Source: Niabella sp. (GTDB taxonomy: Bacteria > Bacteroidota > Bacteroidia > Chitinophagales > Chitinophagaceae). Taken from it: DNA of 64,000 nucleotides. Below, in pieces: positions 49,693-59,567 of the stretch. The stretch covers positions 22,688-86,687 of the forward strand of contig DAORWU010000013.1 in NCBI GenBank assembly GCA_035434405.1. The letters are read 5' to 3'. The notes below the pieces were generated by a model. It ran no database searches, was not told the DNA's origin, and saw only the letters and a program-made list of their open reading frames with translations. Positions within the stretch are counted from its first letter, which is position 1, and each line of letters starts with the position of its first letter. The position numbers and the translations under genes were made by a program.

Positions 49693-49819
49693 GCGCTAAA
49701 GCTACAACTATTTTTGATTCCAGTTTTTCTGAATGAAGTTTCGATCGCTAATTTTAAAAATCTTTTTAATTACACTATATATTTCTACATTTACCACCAC
49801 TAAACTAAATACGATTGTT

Positions 49820-51274
49820 ATGAGTACACAAACTACAAAATGGGCTCAATTTGGAACCCTGATCATCGTGTTCTTTTTTTGGGGATTTGTGGCTGCCAGC
49901 AATGATATCCTCATCCCGGTCTTTAAAGAAAAACTACATCTGGAACAATGGCAGTCGCAATTGGTGGCTTTTGCCTTCTATGTGGCTTATACTGTTGGGT
50001 CCCTCATTTTTCTATTTATCAGTAGGTATATTGGTAAGGATCTACTACAGGTGATAGGCTATAAAAACGGTATTGTTTATGGGCTCATTATTTCGGCTTT
50101 GGGTACACTTTTGTTTTATCCCGCAGCACAAAACGAATCTTTTCCTCTATTTATTATAGGTCTGTTTATTGTGGGTTTGGGATTTTCGTTACAACAAACA
50201 GCCGCCAATCCATTGGCCATTATTATGGGCGATCCAAAGTTGGGATCTCAACGATTAAGTCTGGCTGGTGGAATAAACAATCTGGGAACCACCATTGGCC
50301 CTCTGATAGTAAGCTTCGCCATTTTTGGTTCCGTAACATCTGGTAGTACAAGTGCAGATATTCAAAGTATAAAAATACCCTATCTGATACTTGGTCTGGC
50401 TTTTATCATTGTGGCGATCATTTTTAAGTTTTCCTCCGTTCCCAATAAAATAGATTTAGAAGAAGTGGCAGATGAGGAAAGCAATGACACCAAACTTGTT
50501 GCCCATAAAAAAAGTGTGCTCAGCTATCCACAGTTGGTGATGGGTATGATTGCTATTTTTGTTTATGTGGGAGTGGAAGTGTCAACAGCAGCCAACCTTC
50601 CAGAGTTTATGAAAGAACATTTGCAGACACCTACAGAGCAGATTGCGCCCTATGTTTCTTTGTTTTGGGCCAGTTTGATGGTGGGTAGATGGACTGGTTC
50701 TATAGGTGCATTTGATATTTCAAAAGGGGCAAAAAGTGTGCTTAGGTTTCTGATGCCTTATATGGCGTTTGGGGTTTTTCTTTTGGTAAACGTCATTGCT
50801 AATCATGATATCACACCTTTTTATATTTATGCCTTAATTATCGTGGTACTTATCATTTGCGACATTTTGAGCAAAGGAAATCCGGCCAGACAATTACTGA
50901 TATTTAGCAGCATGGCTATCCTGGCCTTACTCGTTGGTATTTTTGCAGATGGAATGGTCAGTGTATATGGCTTTATAAGTGTAGGCTTATTTTGTTCAAC
51001 CTTGTGGCCTTGTATTTTTACACTGGCTGTTGCTGGACTTGGCAAACATACCAATCAAGGCTCCAGTATGCTAATCCTCATGATTATGGGTGGAGGGTTA
51101 ATCAGTTTGTTGCAAGGGGTACTAGCTGCACCAGAATTTCTTGGCATTCAGTATTCCTATTTTGTGGGAGTAGCTTGTTTTCTTTATTTGGTTTTTTATG
51201 CCATAAAAGCAAAAGCTATTCTAAAAGCCCAGGGAATTGATTACGATGTTCATACCGGAGGTGGGGGTCATTAA
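49820..51274 (+). CDS. MFS glucose/galactose-type transporter (GluP/FucP family)
   Basis: I prefer the ATG at 49820 (MSTQTTKWAQFGTLIIVFFFWGFVAASNDILIPVFK). It is a 12-TM protein followed by a ROK kinase gene. Confidence 0.8.
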   Translation: MSTQTTKWAQFGTLIIVFFFWGFVAASNDILIPVFKEKLHLEQWQSQLVAFAFYVAYTVGSLIFLFISRYIGKDLLQVIGYKNGIVYGLIISALGTLLFYPAAQNESFPLFIIGLFIVGLGFSLQQTAANPLAIIMGDPKLGSQRLSLAGGINNLGTTIGPLIVSFAIFGSVTSGSTSADIQSIKIPYLILGLAFIIVAIIFKFSSVPNKIDLEEVADEESNDTKLVAHKKSVLSYPQLVMGMIAIFVYVGVEVSTAANLPEFMKEHLQTPTEQIAPYVSLFWASLMVGRWTGSIGAFDISKGAKSVLRFLMPYMAFGVFLLVNVIANHDITPFYIYALIIVVLIICDILSKGNPARQLLIFSSMAILALLVGIFADGMVSVYGFISVGLFCSTLWPCIFTLAVAGLGKHTNQGSSMLILMIMGGGLISLLQGVLAAPEFLGIQYSYFVGVACFLYLVFYAIKAKAILKAQGIDYDVHTGGGGH

Positions 51275-51340
51275 TAAGTTCACCTAATTTAGAAAGTTTA
51301 TTAAATTCATTTTCAACAATAACCTTAAATAAATATTTAT

Positions 51341-52309
51341 ATGGGAATCTATGATTTGTCCGATGAGATGGCCATTGGGATTGATATTGGCGGCACTAAC
51401 ACAAAATATGGAATCGTAAATCACCGGGGAGAAATTCTGGAAAAAGGAGATCTTAAAACGGATGCCTATCCTACTATTGATTCATTTATTGATGCTTTGT
51501 ATCTGGCGATCAGGCCTCTGGTAAAAAAATATGAAGAGAGCAAAAAGTTAATTGGTATTGGAGTGGGTGCACCCAATGGAAATTTTTATACAGGCAATAT
51601 TGAATACGCCCCTAACCTGCATTGGAAAGGATTGGTTCCATTGGCAGATTTAATCAGCAAAAAATTTGAAGTCCCTTGCACCCTGACCAACGATGCCAAC
51701 GCAGCAGCCGTTGGTGAAATGATGTATGGATCTGCCAGAGGCATGAAAGATTTTATCATGATCACACTGGGAACTGGAGTAGGTAGTGGAATTGTAAGCA
51801 ATGGACAGATAATTTATGGATATGATGGTTTTGCAGGAGAATTAGGTCACACCATCATTCGACCGGGTGGCAGAACCCACTGGAGTACGGGAGCACATGG
51901 TTCATTGGAAGCCTATTGTTCTGCCACGGGTATCACCATTACTGCCAAAAAGTTCAGGGCAGAACATCCTGAATCTATATTAAATAATATTCCTGAAGTG
52001 GATATTGAATCTAAGACTGTATATGAAGCAGCCATGAAGGGTGATGAAATTGCCAAGGATGTTTTTAGATATACTGGTCAGATCTTGGGTGAGGCATTGG
52101 CCAACTTTATCATGTTCTCCTCACCGGAAGCCATCATTCTGTTTGGAGGTGTGATAAAAGCGGGCGATTTTTTGATGATTCCAACCCGGGAACACATGGA
52201 AAAAAACTTGTTACCCATTTACCAAAATAAAGTGAAACTAGTGTTTAGTGAATTGAAAGAAGCTGATGCCGCTATTCTGGGTGCCAGTGCATTGGTTTGG
52301 GAAAGTTAA
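51341..52309 (+). CDS. ROK family sugar kinase (probable glucokinase)
   Basis: 322 aa with IGIDIGGTNTKYG...DANAAAVGE...GTGVGSG...GELGH. It lacks the CxCGxxGC zinc motif of many ROK kinases; the corresponding stretch reads GHTIIRPGGRTHWSTGAHGSLE. Confidence 0.75.
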   Translation: MGIYDLSDEMAIGIDIGGTNTKYGIVNHRGEILEKGDLKTDAYPTIDSFIDALYLAIRPLVKKYEESKKLIGIGVGAPNGNFYTGNIEYAPNLHWKGLVPLADLISKKFEVPCTLTNDANAAAVGEMMYGSARGMKDFIMITLGTGVGSGIVSNGQIIYGYDGFAGELGHTIIRPGGRTHWSTGAHGSLEAYCSATGITITAKKFRAEHPESILNNIPEVDIESKTVYEAAMKGDEIAKDVFRYTGQILGEALANFIMFSSPEAIILFGGVIKAGDFLMIPTREHMEKNLLPIYQNKVKLVFSELKEADAAILGASALVWES

Positions 52310-52331
52310 TACTATCAACCACCATGTTTGA

Positions 52332-52376
52332 GAATGTGAAATTTAATGTGTACCGTGCTCATTGAATTTCACATTC
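52332..52376. repeat. Perfect 12-bp inverted repeat (long hairpin) between the ROK kinase and amidase genes
   Basis: GAATGTGAAATT (52332-52343) / AATTTCACATTC (52365-52376), with a 21-nt spacer that can add 4 more pairs (AATG/CATT). No T-run follows. Confidence 0.5.
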
Positions 52377-52431
52377 GAATTTAATGTCATTTACAAATCA
52401 AAATTCAATTCTATTTCAACCACCTAAATTA

Positions 52432-53226
52432 ATGAGTAAAACTATTTTAACCATCGCCGTATGCCTCTTGCTGGCAGCTTGTTCGTCCCGACCCTATGGG
52501 AGTACTAATAAGATCTATAAAAAGCAAGCACAACAATATGGTCAAATGCTTGCGCAATACCCTCTTCGTGATTCGGGCGCAGATTTTGTCGGAACGATAA
52601 ATTTCAGCATGCGCAAGCCCAACTTTGTAATTATCCATCATACTGCGCAAAATAGTTGTGAGGAAACCTTAAAAACCTTTACCCGCAAAAACAGAGAAGT
52701 CAGTGCACACTATGTGATTTGCGAAAGCGGAACCGTCTATCACATGCTGAATGATATGTTAAGGGCACACCATGCCGGCCTAAGCAGATGGGGTGCTATC
52801 ACCGACATGAACAGTTGTAGCATTGGCATAGAAATAGACAATAACGGCAAGGAACCATTTTCTGATATTCAAATTCAAAGCCTTTTGACATTACTCGACC
52901 GAATAAAGAAAACATACAATATTCCGACCTCCAATTTTATTGGCCATGCAGATATTGCCCCTGGCAGAAAAGTGGATCCAAGCAGATTTTTTCCCTGGAA
53001 AAGCCTTGCTGACAAAGGTTTTGGCCAATGGTACGACACCACTAATCTTACTCTTCCAGAAAATTTTAATAGCCTTGAAGCATTACGAACAATAGGATAT
53101 AACACTTCAAAACCACAAGATGCGATCCAATCCTATAAAATTCATTTTAATGCGCAGGATACTGCAAAACAACTCACAGCCGAAGATGAAAAAATTATTT
53201 TTAGTTTATTGGAGAAATTCAGGTAA
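52432..53226 (+). CDS. N-acetylmuramoyl-L-alanine amidase (Amidase_2/AmpD-like) lipoprotein
   Basis: I prefer the ATG at 52432 (MSKTILTIAVCLLLAAC lipobox). Motifs: IIHHTA...AHYVI...RAHHAG...IGIEI.N...GHADIAPGRKVDP. Confidence 0.8.
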   Translation: MSKTILTIAVCLLLAACSSRPYGSTNKIYKKQAQQYGQMLAQYPLRDSGADFVGTINFSMRKPNFVIIHHTAQNSCEETLKTFTRKNREVSAHYVICESGTVYHMLNDMLRAHHAGLSRWGAITDMNSCSIGIEIDNNGKEPFSDIQIQSLLTLLDRIKKTYNIPTSNFIGHADIAPGRKVDPSRFFPWKSLADKGFGQWYDTTNLTLPENFNSLEALRTIGYNTSKPQDAIQSYKIHFNAQDTAKQLTAEDEKIIFSLLEKFR

Positions 53227-53285
53227 ATGAATTTTTCTTCTGTACTCAACATGTACGAAAACGATAAACTTTAAGAAAACTAAAA

Positions 53286-53574
53286 ATGAAATTTGGAAAA
53301 ACAATAAAACTATTTCTCATAGACGGAGAACCCAACGGACGTATGAGTTGTGAACTTTCTAACTGGTCTGGAAAGGCTTACAAAATTCCGAGAATAAAGA
53401 TTAAGGACTGCAATGATCGTGATGATCTAAAGAGTACAGGAGTATATTTTTAGTAGTCCCTCCACAGCGGCAGTCATGATTTTGGGAAGAAATGCAAATG
53501 GCTTAATAGAATGGAAAAGCATAGACGGTAAGCCATATAAAGATTTTGAAACAAACAAGAATTCATCCATATAA
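53286..53574 (+). pseudogene. Internally deleted GIY-YIG nuclease / DUF4357 family gene remnant
   Basis: 53286-53453 encodes MKFGKTIKLFLIDGEPNGRMSCELSNWSGKAYKIPRIKIKDCNDRDDLKSTGVYF*, the conserved N-terminus of ~300-aa GIY-YIG/DUF4357 proteins. One frame over, 53452-53574 encodes SSPSTAAVMILGRNANGLIEWKSIDGKPYKDFETNKNSSI*, a DUF4357-like C-terminus. The ~200 aa in between, including the GIY-YIG core, are missing. Confidence 0.6.
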
Positions 53575-53613
53575 AAAAGAGACTTCCTTCCTGAGGTAGA
53601 AAATCTCTTTTTA
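53575..53613. terminator. Imperfect hairpin between the remnant and the clpB 3' end (possible bidirectional terminator)
   Basis: AAAAAGAGA...TCTCTTTTT flanks a 21-nt partly paired interior, with A/T runs on both sides. It lies 14 nt from the clpB stop. Confidence 0.35.
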
Positions 53614-53626
53614 GTTAGTATGAATA

Positions 53627-56251
53627 TCATTTTGATTCTTTGACAGATTCGGCTTCGTTTCTAAACACCACCACACTATCAAAAACATCTACCAATATCG
53701 GGCATGCCTTGTCTATACTTCCTTCCAGAATACGACGGCTCAATTGGTTTACAATTTCCTTTTGAATCAGCCTTTTTAATGGTCTGGCTCCAAACTGAGG
53801 GTCGAACCCTTGTTCGACTAAATAGTCAATAGCATAATTGCTAAAGTCCAATTCCACTCCACTGCTTTGTCGCACCAATTTTTTCAGACTTTCCAATTGA
53901 ATTTTGATAATGCCCAGAATATCGGTTTTGTTCAATGGATGGAACATGATGATTTCATCCACCCGGTTCAAAAACTCTGGTCTCACCGTTTCCTTCAAAA
54001 GATTCATCACCTCCACTTTGGCCTTTTCGGCTGCATCATCCAAGGTGGCTTCGGTTACGCCCTCAAAAGCTTCCTGTATCAGATGACTGCCGATGTTGCT
54101 GGTCATAATGATGATGGTGTTTTTAAAATTCACCACCCTTCCCTTGTTATCAGTCAATCTACCGTCATCCAACACCTGCAACAGAATATTCCAAACATCG
54201 GGATTTGCTTTTTCTATTTCGTCCAAAAGAACCACACTATAAGGCTTGCGACGTACAGCTTCGGTGAGCTGACCGCCTTCATCATACCCCACATATCCGG
54301 GAGGTGCCCCCACCAATCTGCTCACCGAATGTTTTTCCTGATACTCGCTCATGTCAATACGGGTCATCATGGTTTCATCATCGAACAAATACTCGGCCAG
54401 TGCTTTTGCCAGTTCGGTTTTACCCACCCCTGTAGTCCCCAGAAATATGAAAGATCCAATAGGTTTTTTTGGATCACTCAGTCCGGCTCTACTTCTACGG
54501 ATTGCATCCGAAACGGCTACAATCGCCTCCTCCTGACCAACTACTTTCTGATGCAAATGCCCTTCAAGGTGCAATAACTTTTCCCGGTCACTTTGCATCA
54601 GTTTGTTTACTGGAATGCCGGTGGACTTGGCCACACTTTCCGCAATATCCTCTGCATCCACTTCTTCTTTTAAAAGCCTTTTTTCTTGATCACTCTGCAG
54701 TTCTTTGGTGAATTGAGCAATTTTTTCTTCTTCCTGTTTTATTTTTCCATATCGAATTTCTGCCACCTTTCCATAGTCCCCATTGCGTTCCGCTTGCTCG
54801 GCTTCCAGCTTGAGTGCCTCAATATTCGACTTTGCATTTTGTATTTGATCCACCTGTTCTTTCTCTTCGATCCATTGGGCTCTAAGTGTATCGCGAGACA
54901 CCGCATGATTGGCAATTTCGGTATTTAGTAGCTTCAATTTCTCTTCATCGTTTTCTCTTTTGATCGCTTCTCTTTCTATTTCAAGCTGACGAATCTGACG
55001 CTCCAATTTATCTAACTCTTCAGGAGAAGAATTCATCTCTAATCTAAGCTTGGCAGCACTTTCATCAATCAAGTCAATTGCTTTATCCGGTAAGAATCTA
55101 TCCGAAATATAACGGCTGGAAAGTTCCACTGCTGCAATGATGGCATCATCTTTTATGCGCACATGGTGATGGGTTTCGTATTTATCTTTCAATCCCCGAA
55201 GTATGGAAATAGCATCCTCCACCGAAGGTTCATCAATCATCACTTTTTGAAAACGGCGTTCCAATGCCTTATCCTTTTCGAAATATTTTTGATACTCATT
55301 CAGCGTTGTGGCACCAATCGCTCTCAATTCTCCACGTGCTAGAGCAGGTTTCAAAATATTGGCAGCATCCATAGCACCCTCTCCGCCTCCTGCACCTATC
55401 AGGGTATGAATTTCATCAATAAACAATATAATTTCTCCATTGCTTTCCTGAACTTCCTTCACCACACCTTTTAGTCTTTCCTCAAACTCTCCTTTGTATT
55501 TTGCGCCTGCAATGAGTAATCCCATATCCAATGCAAAGATGATTTTGGATTTAAGGTTTTCAGGTACGTCCCCATTGATTATCCTATGTGCCAATCCTTC
55601 TACTATGGCTGTTTTCCCCACACCTGGTTCACCCACCAACATAGGATTGTTTTTTGTTCTGCGAGAAAGAATATGAAGCGTTCTTCTAATTTCTTCATCT
55701 CGTCCAATCACAGGATCCAGCTTGCCCTCACGAGCCATATCGTTGAGGTTTTTGGCATATTTACTGAGTGTATTAAACTCCTGCGATTGCGTCTGAGAAG
55801 ATACACCTCCACTCCCCTTTCGCAATTCTTTGATTGCCGTGATCAATCCTTTGTCGGACAAACCTGCTGCTTTCAGAATTTTTGCTGCACTATCATTTCC
55901 CTGCACAATGGCTAACAACAAGGTCTCGGGTGTTACAAATTCATCGTTGAACTGTTTGAAACCGGATCCAGCACGCAATATCAGATTATTCACCTCTCTG
56001 CTGATTTGCTGGGCTGGTTCGCCTCCCGATATTATTGGAAGTTTTTTCAAAAGCTCCCCCAGTTTACTATCGACCAGGTTGATGGTTACATTATTTTTCT
56101 TGAGCAAAAACTCCACAGGTGAATCCTTCTGTTCTAATAGAGCCTTAAGGATATGCTCGGTTTCTATATTTGGATGCTGTGAATTAAATGCAATTTGCTG
56201 AGCCTGCTGTATGGCTTCCGCAGCTTTTATGGTAAAGTTTCCAAGATTCAT
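53627..56251 (-). CDS. clpB: ATP-dependent chaperone ClpB
   Basis: 874 aa with two AAA+ modules ([13 protein letters not shown]; [13 protein letters not shown]), a middle coiled-coil and a Clp-N domain. Confidence 0.95.
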   Translation of the reverse strand: MNLGNFTIKAAEAIQQAQQIAFNSQHPNIETEHILKALLEQKDSPVEFLLKKNNVTINLVDSKLGELLKKLPIISGGEPAQQISREVNNLILRAGSGFKQFNDEFVTPETLLLAIVQGNDSAAKILKAAGLSDKGLITAIKELRKGSGGVSSQTQSQEFNTLSKYAKNLNDMAREGKLDPVIGRDEEIRRTLHILSRRTKNNPMLVGEPGVGKTAIVEGLAHRIINGDVPENLKSKIIFALDMGLLIAGAKYKGEFEERLKGVVKEVQESNGEIILFIDEIHTLIGAGGGEGAMDAANILKPALARGELRAIGATTLNEYQKYFEKDKALERRFQKVMIDEPSVEDAISILRGLKDKYETHHHVRIKDDAIIAAVELSSRYISDRFLPDKAIDLIDESAAKLRLEMNSSPEELDKLERQIRQLEIEREAIKRENDEEKLKLLNTEIANHAVSRDTLRAQWIEEKEQVDQIQNAKSNIEALKLEAEQAERNGDYGKVAEIRYGKIKQEEEKIAQFTKELQSDQEKRLLKEEVDAEDIAESVAKSTGIPVNKLMQSDREKLLHLEGHLHQKVVGQEEAIVAVSDAIRRSRAGLSDPKKPIGSFIFLGTTGVGKTELAKALAEYLFDDETMMTRIDMSEYQEKHSVSRLVGAPPGYVGYDEGGQLTEAVRRKPYSVVLLDEIEKANPDVWNILLQVLDDGRLTDNKGRVVNFKNTIIIMTSNIGSHLIQEAFEGVTEATLDDAAEKAKVEVMNLLKETVRPEFLNRVDEIIMFHPLNKTDILGIIKIQLESLKKLVRQSSGVELDFSNYAIDYLVEQGFDPQFGARPLKRLIQKEIVNQLSRRILEGSIDKACPILVDVFDSVVVFRNEAESVKESK

Positions 56252-56799
56252 ATTTATAAAATTCGTTTAATTTAAATTTATTGGTAAGGATCTGAATAAT
56301 GTGATCTCAAACCCTTGATTTCGAAATACGATATATCAAATAGAAATCCATCCTTCATTTTTCTGCAATTATGTCATAATCAATCCATTAAACCTGCCAT
56401 TTGCGCAGTTTAGTCAATCATTTACTGCTATTATTTCAGTTGCCCATAAAGAATCATTATGGTCGGGAAAAAATCTTTTTAAAGCCCTTTTTGGGAGACA
56501 CCATCCCAATCAATTCCTCTCTATCAAAGAAAAAACAATTTGATCATTTCCAAACTTTGACACAGCCTTATTGAAGACATTCCGGCCACTTTCAAAATAA
56601 TTTTTCGGCCAGAGATATGATTCTTGTTATCCTAACTCATTTGCCAAAACTTTAGACCTATGACCTTTCAAATCCTCCGGATTTTTTGTAGCTTTCCAAA
56701 TACAATAATCAAGTACAAAGTGAAAACTATTTATTAATAAAGTATGTAGTTCATACTTGTCAAGAGGATAGATATTCACTTGAAGAAATTTCAGAAAAA

Positions 56800-58161
56800 A
56801 TGGACATCAAAAACAACATTCTAGAAACAATTGGGAATACCCCACTGATCAAACTAAACAACATCACCAAAAGTCTGCCCTGTACAGTGCTAGCAAAAGT
56901 AGATTACTTCAATCCTGGTAATAGCATTAAGGATCGAATGGCATTAAAAATGGTGGAAGTGGCAGAACAGGAGGGCAAATTATTGCAAGGAGGAACCATA
57001 ATAGAAGGCACTAGCGGCAACACAGGTATGGGACTGGCATTGGCCGCCATCGTAAAGGGCTATAAATGCGTGTTTGTAACTACCGATAAACAATCCAAAG
57101 AAAAAGCTGATGTACTGAAAGCGATGGGGGCAGAAGTAATTGTTTGTCCGACCAATGTAGAACCCCATGATCCACAGAGTTACTACAGTGTAGCAGCCAG
57201 ACTGGCCAGAGAGATACCCAATTCTTACCACATGAACCAATACGACAACCTGGCCAACAGATTGGCGCATTACGAAACCACCGGCCCCGAAATTTGGACA
57301 CAAACCGATGGGAAAATCACGCACCTGGTTTGTACAGCCGGTACTGGGGGCACCATCACAGGTGTGGCCCGGTATTTAAAGGAACAAAATCCTAATATTA
57401 AGATTTGGGCAGTGGATGCATTTGGTTCTTTATTGACAAAATTTTTCAATACAGGAGAGATAGATCCCCAAGAAGTTTATCCATATTTCAGTGAGGGGTT
57501 TGGAGAAGATTTTGTACCGGCCAACTATGATATGTCGGTGATAGATGCCTTTACACAAGTTACAGACAAAGATGGAGCCGTGATGGCAAGAAGGCTTGCT
57601 AAAGAAGAAGGGCTCTTTTGTGGATATAGTGCTGGTAGCTGTCTGAAGGGACTGATCCAGTTAAGTGAACCCCTGACCAAGAGTGATCTTGTAGTTTGTA
57701 TTCTTCACGATCATGGAAGTAGATATGTGGCAAAAATTTATAACGATCAATGGATGATGGAACGCGGCTTCCTGGATATAAAAACATGTAAGGAAATTAT
57801 TAGTTGTCGGTCAGGAACTCAAAAACTAATTACTATTGAAGCAGACATGAAGGTGTCGGATGCTGTAGAATTAATGAAGAAATATGATATAGAGCAAATT
57901 CCTATTGTCAACAAAGGAGAAATAATTGGATCGATTTCAGAATCGGGACTATTCCAGAAGGTTTTTTATAACCCTGACATAAAGAATCAGAAAGTAATTG
58001 AACACCTTGAACCCTGCCCACCCATAGTAGCATTTAATACGCCAATTGAAAAACTAAAAACTTTAATCACAAAAGAAAACGGAGGTGTATTAAGTAAAGA
58101 TGATGCCGGAAACTTTCACATCATCACCAAGTATGACATCATTCAGGCCTTAGGAGGTTAG
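56800..58161 (+). CDS. Cystathionine beta-synthase-like PLP enzyme with C-terminal CBS pair
   Basis: 453 aa with a fold-type II PLP domain (NPGNSIKDRMAL...EGTSGNTGMGLA...GTGGTITG), followed by two CBS motifs. Confidence 0.85.
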   Translation: MDIKNNILETIGNTPLIKLNNITKSLPCTVLAKVDYFNPGNSIKDRMALKMVEVAEQEGKLLQGGTIIEGTSGNTGMGLALAAIVKGYKCVFVTTDKQSKEKADVLKAMGAEVIVCPTNVEPHDPQSYYSVAARLAREIPNSYHMNQYDNLANRLAHYETTGPEIWTQTDGKITHLVCTAGTGGTITGVARYLKEQNPNIKIWAVDAFGSLLTKFFNTGEIDPQEVYPYFSEGFGEDFVPANYDMSVIDAFTQVTDKDGAVMARRLAKEEGLFCGYSAGSCLKGLIQLSEPLTKSDLVVCILHDHGSRYVAKIYNDQWMMERGFLDIKTCKEIISCRSGTQKLITIEADMKVSDAVELMKKYDIEQIPIVNKGEIIGSISESGLFQKVFYNPDIKNQKVIEHLEPCPPIVAFNTPIEKLKTLITKENGGVLSKDDAGNFHIITKYDIIQALGG

Positions 58162-58182
58162 GCAATCATAAACAAAATAAAA

Positions 58183-58214
58183 AAGGACTCTTAAATATAT
58201 AAAAGTCCTTTTTT
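58183..58214 (+). terminator. Rho-independent terminator after the CBS-domain PLP enzyme gene
   Basis: AAGGACT (58183-58189) / AGTCCTT (58204-58210) with a 14-nt AT loop, running into T6 (58209-58214). Confidence 0.6.
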
Positions 58215-58216
58215 CG

Positions 58217-58288
58217 TACCGCGTACGGGAATCGAACCCGTGATTCATCCGTGAAAGGGATGCGTCTTAACCCCTTGACCAACGCGGC
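58217..58288 (-). tRNA. tRNA-Glu (anticodon UUC)
   Basis: The reverse complement is GCCGCGTTGGTCAAGGGGTTAAGACGCATCCCTTTCACGGATGAATCACGGGTTCGATTCCCGTACGCGGTA. It has anticodon stem CATCC/GGATG with loop CTTTCAC, a TTCGATT T-loop and a G1-U72 wobble in the acceptor stem. CCA is not encoded. Confidence 0.9.
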
Positions 58289-58305
58289 TTATCGTTTTGG
58301 GAGTG

Positions 58306-58313
58306 CAAATATA
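58306..58313 (-). promoter_or_regulatory. Bacteroidota-type -7 box (TATATTTG) for tRNA-Glu
   Basis: The reverse complement of caaatata matches TAnnTTTG, 17 nt upstream of the mature tRNA 5' end. A TTG lies about 20 nt further upstream. Confidence 0.45.
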
Positions 58314-58471
58314 GGGCGCACATTTTAATCAGCCAAAAAACTTGACAAAAATTATTTGCCCTTTTTTTTGGTTTTAAAAAAAGAAGATGTATTAAATACA
58401 CTTCTATCGGAAAAGTCTTAATTTTACGCCTCCAAAAAAAAGTACTTATTTAATTAAACCACTAAAAAATC

Positions 58472-59485
58472 ATGAGCACAGTAAAAGTAGCCATTAACGG
58501 CTTTGGAAGAATTGGCCGTTTGGTTTTCCGTCAAATCTACAATCAACAAGGTATTGACGTTGTTGCAATCAACGATTTAACCAGCCCTAAAGTGTTAGCG
58601 CATCTATTAAAATATGATTCTGCTCAAGGGCCATTTAAGCAGGATGTAACATCCACCGACAGTTCAATAATAGTTGACGGTCGTGAAATTAAAATATATG
58701 CACAAAAGGATCCTGCACAAATTCCATGGGGTACGCACGAAGTGGACGTAGTTTTGGAATGTACTGGTTTCTTTACAGACAAAACAAAAGCAGAAGCACA
58801 TATCGCTGCTGGTGCAAAACGAGTAGTAATCTCTGCTCCCGCAACCGGCGATTTGAAAACAATTGTTTTCAATGTAAACCACGACATTCTGGATGGCACA
58901 GAAACCATTATCAGTTGTGCTTCTTGTACCACCAACTGTTTAGCTCCTATGGCTAAAGTATTGGACGATACCTACGGTATCGAATTAGGCATCATGACCA
59001 CTATCCACGCTTATACTAACGACCAAAACACTTTAGATGCACCTCATCCAAAAGGAGATTTGCGTCGTGCACGTGCAGCAGCAGCTAATATTGTTCCAAA
59101 CAGCACAGGTGCAGCTAAAGCCATCGGGGTGGTATTACCTAATCTGAAAGGTAAATTAGACGGTAGTGCTCAGCGTGTTCCAACCATTACGGGTTCTATT
59201 ACCGAGTTGAATGTAATTCTAAACAAAGTAGCTACTGCTGATGAAATCAATGCGGCGATGAAAGCTGCGGCCAACGAAAGTTTTGGTTACAACGAAGATG
59301 AAATCGTAAGCAGTGATGTTATTGGAACCAGTTATGGTTCTTTGTTTGATTCAACTCTAACTAAAGTAATGTCTGTAGGCGATAAACACATTGTACGTAC
59401 CGTATCTTGGTATGACAATGAAATGAGCTATGTTTCTCAGTTAGTTCGTACTGTAGATTACTTTGCGAAGTTGATCCAAAAATAA
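58472..59485 (+). CDS. gap: Type I glyceraldehyde-3-phosphate dehydrogenase
   Basis: 337 aa with [11 protein letters not shown]...[12 protein letters not shown]...WYDNE. Confidence 0.95.
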   Translation: MSTVKVAINGFGRIGRLVFRQIYNQQGIDVVAINDLTSPKVLAHLLKYDSAQGPFKQDVTSTDSSIIVDGREIKIYAQKDPAQIPWGTHEVDVVLECTGFFTDKTKAEAHIAAGAKRVVISAPATGDLKTIVFNVNHDILDGTETIISCASCTTNCLAPMAKVLDDTYGIELGIMTTIHAYTNDQNTLDAPHPKGDLRRARAAAANIVPNSTGAAKAIGVVLPNLKGKLDGSAQRVPTITGSITELNVILNKVATADEINAAMKAAANESFGYNEDEIVSSDVIGTSYGSLFDSTLTKVMSVGDKHIVRTVSWYDNEMSYVSQLVRTVDYFAKLIQK

Positions 59486-59501
59486 AATCAATCTATACAC
59501 T

Positions 59502-59536
59502 AAAGCGGAACATCTGGTTCCGCTTTTTGTTTTTTA
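59502..59536 (+). terminator. Strong intrinsic terminator between gap and pgk
   Basis: AAAGCGGAAC (59502-59511), loop atctg, GTTCCGCTTT (59517-59526), followed by TTGTTTTTT. Confidence 0.75.
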
Positions 59537-59567
59537 GTACATCTACAACTAAACAAATTAAATATTT

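Noticed and set aside
53867-54577. 236-aa plus-strand ORF antisense to clpB (plus several 60-120-aa ones between 53904 and 56201)
   Set aside because: Long antisense ORFs opposite AAA+/chaperone genes are a known codon-bias artefact. The sequence is His/Phe/Gln-rich without motifs, and clpB on the other strand is unambiguous.
56755-56770. CTTGTCAAGAGGATAG, resembling the 5' start of a SAM-I riboswitch (CTTATCAAGAG...), upstream of the CBS/PLP enzyme
   Set aside because: Only about 45 nt remain before the ATG. The GGAGGGA / GCAACC core and the P2-P4 helices are absent, so this is not a riboswitch.
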